From assembly GCA_965223505.1 (NCBI GenBank), contig CBDCWP010000038.1:160001-224000 (forward strand): DNA of 64,000 bases, in the 5' to 3' direction. The first letter of the stretch is position 1. Each line of letters begins with the position of its first letter. The DNA comes from Planctomycetota bacterium (GTDB lineage: Bacteria > Planctomycetota > PLA2 > JAEUHO01). A program made the position numbers and the translations under genes. Shown piece after piece: positions 58,414 through 64,000 of this stretch. Below the pieces are notes generated by a model. It saw only the letters and a list, made by a program, of their open reading frames with translations. It made no database searches and was not told where the DNA came from.

Positions 58414-61008
58414 TCATCGCCCGTACCAGTACGAGAGGATCTCGGCGACGGCGGGGACGGCGGTCTGGCCGGCGGCCGCCTCCGTTCGCGCGTGCAGGAC
58501 GCAGGCGAACGCGATCGGATTCGCGCCGCCGCCCTCGGCGAACCCGACGAACCAGTGGTGCCACGCTTCGTCCTCGTCGCCCCGCGGGCGCCAGGGGCGC
58601 CAGGTGCCGCCGACCTGGGCGGTCCCCGTCTTGCCGTAGACCCGCGCGTTCACCCCGCTCCAGTCGGCCCCGTCGGCGGTTCCGGCCCGCACGGCCAGCC
58701 GCATGCCGTCGTGAATGGGCTTCAGGTGCGAGGGACTGAGCCGCAGGTCGTGCTGGGCCCAACGGGGGGCGCCGCCGTCCACCGACATCAGGGCGTGCGG
58801 CGTGACGACGATGCCGCCGTTGGCGATCGCCGCGATCGCGCGCGCCATCTGGAGCGGCGTCGCCAGCACCGGCCCCTGACCGATCGCGACGTTGCGCCGG
58901 TCGTCGTGGCGAATGACTTTCTTGTCGTCGGTGCTGGTCCGGCCGATCTTCCGGTCGAACCGTGCGGTGAACCAGATGTGGCCGCCGCGCGCGAGCTCAC
59001 CCTCCACGCCGAACTGCCCGCCCAGCGCGGTGACGCGCCGCACGGCCTTGCGCAGCGTGTAGGGCAGGGCGGCGTACGGCGCCTTGTCGTAGCGAAGCGG
59101 CAGGCGCTGCAGCGCGTCGGCGCCGGAGAGCGCGTGCACCTCGAAGCGCAGATCGACGTACTGACCTTCGACCAGCTCGCGGGTCACGCGGACGTTGACC
59201 TGGCGCGTGCCGGTCTCGCGATGGATCTGCTGGGCGACGTCAGCGAGGGTGCGTCCCAGGACGCGCGGGTCGCCGCCGACCGTCGATGGCACGTTGCGCG
59301 CGCTGCCGACGACGATCTTCGGCGGCTTGATGCCGCGCCGCTCGAGCAGCTCGGATGCGACCGCGCCGACGCGCTCGACCGGGAAGTCGATCCAGTCGTG
59401 CAGCCACAGTCCGCGGCTCCACCCGGGCACTTCGTCGCCGGGCCGGTGCCCGATGCCCAGGCGTGACGCGAAGTCCGCTACGTAGTGCCGGTACGTGCCC
59501 CACGTCTCGTACTCGCCGAGCCCCCAGGCAAAGTAGCGGTTGCAGGAACGCGCGATCGCGCCCACCAGATCGACCGAACCGCATCCATGGCACCCCGGCG
59601 TACCGGCCGCTCCACGGCGACAAAAGTACGTGCCGATCGGGAGCGGCTCCCCGCTCGACAGCATGCCCAATCCCACGATGACCTTGAACGTGCTCCCCGG
59701 CTCCACCGGCACCTGCGCAACGCGGCTCAACCCGACGGAAACGGGCTGCGCGACGAACGCCCGCCAGGCCGACATGTCCACGCCGGGCGGCAGGTCCCCG
59801 CGCGGTGCCCACGTGCGTTCGTCTTGATCGGCAACCGCTTGCGTGAAGGCGGGCTGGTAGAGCTTGCCGAGGTCCGTGTTCGGATCGAATCGCGGCATCT
59901 CCGCCCACATCAGGATCTCGCCCGTCACCACGTCGATCGCGACGAACGCACCGGACGGGCGGCCCTTGGGGTAGTAGCCCTCGCGCGAGCCGTGCCGTTC
60001 GATGGCCTGTTCCGCGACCCGGCTCGCGTCGAGCGAGATCGAGAGACGCACCTCGAGCCCGCGCTCGGGCGGCGCCTTGTCCACGACGCGCGTGAACCAG
60101 CCGTCGCTGTCGAGCTCCAGCACCTGATGGCCGGGATAGCCGCTCAGCAACCCGTTGTAGGCGCGCTCGAGGCCGGCGCGTCCGACGCGCGTGGTCGGCG
60201 TGATCTGGCCCGGGAACCGCTCGGACAGCTGCTCGAACTCCTCCTTGTCGCGAACGACGCTGGCGTGACCGAGGAGCTGCGGCGCGAAATCGCCCTGGGG
60301 ATAGTGCCGGCGAAGCGCAGCTTGGATGCGGAACCCGCGGTAGCGTCCCACCTCGTCGAGCTCGACGAGGTGAACGACCTCGTCGCTGACGGGGCTCTCG
60401 ACGACGTAGGGCCGCCGGAGCAGGTCTTCCCGTCGCAGCTCGCGCTTGTCCTGCAGCAGGAACTCGTCGACGCCGCGCTGCGCTTCCTCCGCGACGTACG
60501 CATCGACGATCTCGTCGATCTCCTGCAGCCGCTTGCGCGCGCGCTTGTCGAGCTCGCCGGGCGGCACGCCCAGCGCCTTCTCCAGCGGCGCGAGATCGCC
60601 GAACGGCAACGGCTCGAGGGTCGCCCCGGCAACGGCCGCCCCCGCGAATCCGTCGACGCTGCGGCGCGCCGCGCGCACACACTCGCAGTCCGTACGCCGC
60701 CTCTTCTCGACGTGGTGAAAGTGGACGCTGCCGCAGGCGGTGCAGCGAACGCGGGCGCGGTGCAGCCAGTCCCAGCCGACGAAGCTGAGCTGGTGCACCG
60801 GGATGTCCTCGGCGAGGACAGCGCCGGTGCGATCCGTGATCTCGCCGCGCGGCGCCTCGAGCTTCTCCCACCGGCGCCGCATGTCGCGCGCCTCCTCGCG
60901 CCACGTCGCGCCGTCCACGACGAGCAGCTGGCCCGCGCGCAGCCAGACGGCGCCGAGCCCGAAGCAGAAGGCGAGGTAGAGGATGACGAGCTTACGCCGG
61001 TAGCGCAT
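58414..61008 (-). CDS. mrdA: Penicillin-binding protein 2 with unusual insertions
   Basis: APRGEITDR, RHYPQG, GRAGLE, PGSTFK, SCN, AIGQG, TPLQMA, KTGTAQ. Confidence 0.9.
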   Translation of the reverse strand: MRYRRKLVILYLAFCFGLGAVWLRAGQLLVVDGATWREEARDMRRRWEKLEAPRGEITDRTGAVLAEDIPVHQLSFVGWDWLHRARVRCTACGSVHFHHVEKRRRTDCECVRAARRSVDGFAGAAVAGATLEPLPFGDLAPLEKALGVPPGELDKRARKRLQEIDEIVDAYVAEEAQRGVDEFLLQDKRELRREDLLRRPYVVESPVSDEVVHLVELDEVGRYRGFRIQAALRRHYPQGDFAPQLLGHASVVRDKEEFEQLSERFPGQITPTTRVGRAGLERAYNGLLSGYPGHQVLELDSDGWFTRVVDKAPPERGLEVRLSISLDASRVAEQAIERHGSREGYYPKGRPSGAFVAIDVVTGEILMWAEMPRFDPNTDLGKLYQPAFTQAVADQDERTWAPRGDLPPGVDMSAWRAFVAQPVSVGLSRVAQVPVEPGSTFKVIVGLGMLSSGEPLPIGTYFCRRGAAGTPGCHGCGSVDLVGAIARSCNRYFAWGLGEYETWGTYRHYVADFASRLGIGHRPGDEVPGWSRGLWLHDWIDFPVERVGAVASELLERRGIKPPKIVVGSARNVPSTVGGDPRVLGRTLADVAQQIHRETGTRQVNVRVTRELVEGQYVDLRFEVHALSGADALQRLPLRYDKAPYAALPYTLRKAVRRVTALGGQFGVEGELARGGHIWFTARFDRKIGRTSTDDKKVIRHDDRRNVAIGQGPVLATPLQMARAIAAIANGGIVVTPHALMSVDGGAPRWAQHDLRLSPSHLKPIHDGMRLAVRAGTADGADWSGVNARVYGKTGTAQVGGTWRPWRPRGDEDEAWHHWFVGFAEGGGANPIAFACVLHARTEAAAGQTAVPAVAEILSYWYGR

Positions 61009-61507
61009 GGCCGCCCCCCCGCCCGCAGACGTCGTCGAGCAGGCGATACCGGTCGATCAGCGCGAAGAGGCCGATCGAGAGCAGCGTCGTCCAGAGCGCG
61101 ACGGGGAACGGCTCGAGGAACGCGCCCCACGTGACGCCGCTGTCGCCGAACGGCAGGATGCGCAGCAGATACAGCCACCCGGCGATCACGGTCGCAAGGG
61201 CGGTCAGCAGCACGCGTGACGCGCCCTCCATGCGCCCGCGGTGGGTGCGGCCTTCGGCGAAGAAGAACGCGACGCACCCCAGCACGAAGCCGTGCGTCCC
61301 GAGGGGATCCAGCGAGAGGGAGTCACGCACGAGACCGATGCCGATCCCCCACGGGACCGCGTGGTACCCGCGCGAACGAAACGCGATGTAGAGAGTCGTG
61401 AGCAGCCAGAGATCCGGCGCGAAACGGTGCAGCGACAGGGCGGTGGGCATGAGGTCCGGCAGGAAGCCGGCGAGCAACATCAGAACGAAGAGGACGAGCA
61501 ACCCCAA
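60992..61507 (-). CDS. mreD: Rod shape-determining protein MreD
   Basis: PDL, GLVRDSLS..PLG; position between mreC and mrdA. Confidence 0.82.
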   Translation of the reverse strand: MGLLVLFVLMLLAGFLPDLMPTALSLHRFAPDLWLLTTLYIAFRSRGYHAVPWGIGIGLVRDSLSLDPLGTHGFVLGCVAFFFAEGRTHRGRMEGASRVLLTALATVIAGWLYLLRILPFGDSGVTWGAFLEPFPVALWTTLLSIGLFALIDRYRLLDDVCGRGGGHALPA

Positions 61508-61571
61508 CGCGCATACCCCGGTGCCACGTGAGCACCGCCGGTCGGGCCATACCGGCGGCGCGCGCTTTCGA

Positions 61572-62399
61572 TCAGCGCTTCGACGCGTCCTCAGTATCGG
61601 ACGGCAGGAGGACGACCACCTCGACCGAGCGGTCGAGGTCGAACGCGGGCCGCACGTACAGCGTCGGCATGCGATCGAGGTCCGGATCGGTGCTCTGGGA
61701 GATCGTCCCGACGAGCAGGTTGGCGGGCACCCGCTCGTCGAAGTTCGAGGTGAACACGGCCGCCCCGACGGGAACGCTTCCCGCCCCGCGCGGCGTGCGG
61801 ACGAACTTCAGGATCAGCTGGTCTTCGCCGTCCCGCACGCCGGAGCGACGCGCGAACCCACGCAGCAAGACCTCCTTGTCGGTGCGTACGAAGACGCCCA
61901 GCCGCGAGCTCGGGTCGGTCGCGAGCTGCACGATCGAGGTCGTCGAGCGCACCTTGCGAACGCGTCCCAGGTAGACCCGCCCCATCACCACGGCATGCCC
62001 GACGCGCACGCCGTCTTCCGCGCCACGGCTGATGAGAATCGAACGCCGCCGCGGCGCCGGATCGTGCGCGCGCAGCACGCGCGCAACCAAGGCGCGCGGG
62101 CGCCGGCCTAGCTGGTCGTCAGCCAGCACGCCTTTCAGCGACTCCATCCCGCGCACGCGCTGCACGAACTGCATGTGACGCTCCCACACGTCATGCAGCT
62201 CACGTTCGAGTTCGCGCGTTCGCGTGGAGTCGCCGTCGCCCCCCTGCCTGCCCGACGGGGTGGGGATGTAACCGGCGGCGCCGTCGAAGACGCCGGAGAC
62301 CGGCGACTCGAGCGCGGGGACGCCGTCAGGCTTCAGCACCGGCAGCGCGAACAGGGCGATGAGCACCGCTCCCCATGCGTGCTGCTTGCGAAAGCGCAT
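61572..62399 (-). CDS. mreC: Rod shape-determining protein MreC
   Basis: ISRGAEDGV, LGRV, VQLATDP, VFTS..VP..LLVG, VRPAFD. Confidence 0.85.
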   Translation of the reverse strand: MRFRKQHAWGAVLIALFALPVLKPDGVPALESPVSGVFDGAAGYIPTPSGRQGGDGDSTRTRELERELHDVWERHMQFVQRVRGMESLKGVLADDQLGRRPRALVARVLRAHDPAPRRRSILISRGAEDGVRVGHAVVMGRVYLGRVRKVRSTTSIVQLATDPSSRLGVFVRTDKEVLLRGFARRSGVRDGEDQLILKFVRTPRGAGSVPVGAAVFTSNFDERVPANLLVGTISQSTDPDLDRMPTLYVRPAFDLDRSVEVVVLLPSDTEDASKR

Positions 62400-62553
62400 C
62401 GACGACCCTTCGGCGCGCGGGGTCCCGAAGACCCCGCTAGATCATGGGGTCATACACCTGTAGACCCCCAATACCTTGTATTCAACGGCCTTTTTCGGCT
62501 GGGTCAAGGGGCGTTTCCCCTGGAACGGCCATTCGATCCGCCTGATTGGACCT

Positions 62554-62578
62554 GTCGGGGCAGCCCTGGTGGCTGCCC
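62554..62578. repeat. REP-like palindrome after the mreB stop
   Basis: GTCGGGGCAGCCCTGGTGGCTGCCC, similar to 1706-1732. Confidence 0.5.
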
Positions 62579-62588
62579 AACCGCCGCA

Positions 62589-63641
62589 TCACTCCTCGGC
62601 CTGGTCCAGTGCGACGTGCAGGTCGCGGATCTTCTCGAGGAAGACGCCCGTCCCGCGCGCGACGGCCGTCAACGGATCTTCGGACACGCGCACCGGAAGG
62701 TTGATCTCTTCGGTGATGACGCGATCGAGCCCGCGCAAGAGCGCGCCGCCGCCCGCCATCACCACGCCGCTGTCGACGAGGTCCGCCGCCAGCTCGGGCG
62801 GTGTGCCCTCGAGCGTCGCCTTGACGGTCTCGACGATGCCCCGCACCGGTTCCTGCAGCGCTTCGCGGATCTCTTCGCTCGTCACGACGACCTTGCGTGG
62901 CAGGCCCTGCTTGAGGTCGCGGCCCTTGACGTCCATCGTCATCTCGCGCTTGAGAGGATACGCGCTGCCGATGCCGATCTTGATCTTCTCGGCCGTCTGC
63001 TCGCCGATGAGCAGATTGTAGGTGTTGCGCATGTAGTCGACGATGGCGGTGTCCATCGCGTCGCCGGCGACGCGCATCGAATGCGCCGTCACGATGCCGG
63101 CGAGCGAGATCACCGCCACCTCGGTCGTGCCGCCGCCGATGTCCACGATCATGGAGGCCTGCGGCTCGGTGATCGGCAGGCCGACGCCGATGCCGGCGGC
63201 CATGGGCTCTTCGATCAGGTAGACCTTGCGCGCGCCGGCGCGCTCCGCGGAGTTGATCACGGCGCGCTTCTCGACGGGCGTGATGCCGTACGGAATGGCG
63301 ATCACGACGCGCGGATGCACGGCCCAGGTGCGATCGTGCACCTTGTAGATGAAGTATCGGAGCATCGCCTCGGTGATCTCGAAGTCGGCGATGACGCCGT
63401 CCTTGAGCGGGCGGATCGCGACGATGTTGCCTGGCGTCTTGCCGAGCATCTCCTTCGCGGTGTCACCGACGGCGCGGCCTTCGAGGAGCACCTTGTTGGT
63501 GCCCTTCTTGACGGCGACGACGCTCGGTTCGTTGAGGATGATCCCGCGTCCCTGGACGCAGACCAGCGTGTTGGCGGTACCCAGGTCGATCCCCATGTCG
63601 ATGGAGAACTTCCCGATCAGGTATTCGAAGACCTTGGCCAT
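62589..63641 (-). CDS. mreB: Rod shape-determining actin MreB
   Basis: [36 protein letters not shown]. Confidence 0.97.
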   Translation of the reverse strand: MAKVFEYLIGKFSIDMGIDLGTANTLVCVQGRGIILNEPSVVAVKKGTNKVLLEGRAVGDTAKEMLGKTPGNIVAIRPLKDGVIADFEITEAMLRYFIYKVHDRTWAVHPRVVIAIPYGITPVEKRAVINSAERAGARKVYLIEEPMAAGIGVGLPITEPQASMIVDIGGGTTEVAVISLAGIVTAHSMRVAGDAMDTAIVDYMRNTYNLLIGEQTAEKIKIGIGSAYPLKREMTMDVKGRDLKQGLPRKVVVTSEEIREALQEPVRGIVETVKATLEGTPPELAADLVDSGVVMAGGGALLRGLDRVITEEINLPVRVSEDPLTAVARGTGVFLEKIRDLHVALDQAEE

Positions 63642-64000
63642 GGGCGGACCGGTATCCCTTCTGGTGACGTGACCAAGCACCCCGGACGCGAATCGACCGA
63701 AGCCAAACGCGGCCGGAGCACTCACTCCGGGGGCGGGGCGAGGAACGCCGTCCCCGTCGTCGAAGTATGTACACCATCGAGGGGACGCACACGGGAGCCC
63801 GCAAGCTAGGAGGTCGGCTGCGCTGGGGGCGGGCTGAAGTCGGGAAAACCCGGCTGGGCCGGCGTCCTGGTGTCGTGCACGATCCCCCTCGTTCCAGAGT
63901 TGAGCGTCTCACCCCACAGGCACCTGCGTGTCGTGCCCGAGACCGTTCTCGTGCTCGTTCCCGCGGTCACCCTCGACCGTGACGGATGCCTGCTTGCCGG

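Noticed and set aside
55930..59466. Very long antisense ORFs (1178 aa here; also 22497-25487, 1405-3633, 41144-43306)
   Set aside because: Shadow frames of real genes in high-GC DNA; Arg/Ala-rich with no motifs

Overview
GC-rich bacterial chromosomal window of about 60 genes plus tRNA-Glu(UUC). A Planctomycetota/PVC origin is my inference from an OmcB-like protein and many secreted hypotheticals; it is not established. Gene content: the 3' end of dnaE2, two transglutaminase-like proteins, rsgA, an AmgK-RapZ fusion with murU, mscS/mscL, dxs/ispA/xseAB/ymdB interleaved with a heme cluster (ccsA-hemA-hemE-hemY convergent with hemC-hemD-hemL, hemL frameshifted), pabB-xerC, a two-component system, tsaD, ctpA and a full mreB-mreC-mreD-mrdA-rodA elongasome operon. 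Most notable observations: (1) PBP2 carries a degenerate histidine-kinase ATPase (HATPase_c/GHKL)-like domain inside its transpeptidase domain, plus a putative Zn finger; (2) two inverted 175-176 bp MITEs may form a composite element around a hairpin tandem array and a transglutaminase gene, inserted in overlapping stop codons; (3) TANNNT lies 6-7 nt before at least 12 start codons, suggesting pervasive leaderless mRNAs; (4) a candidate leader-peptide attenuator precedes rsgA. All family assignments come from motif recognition by eye; no searches were run.
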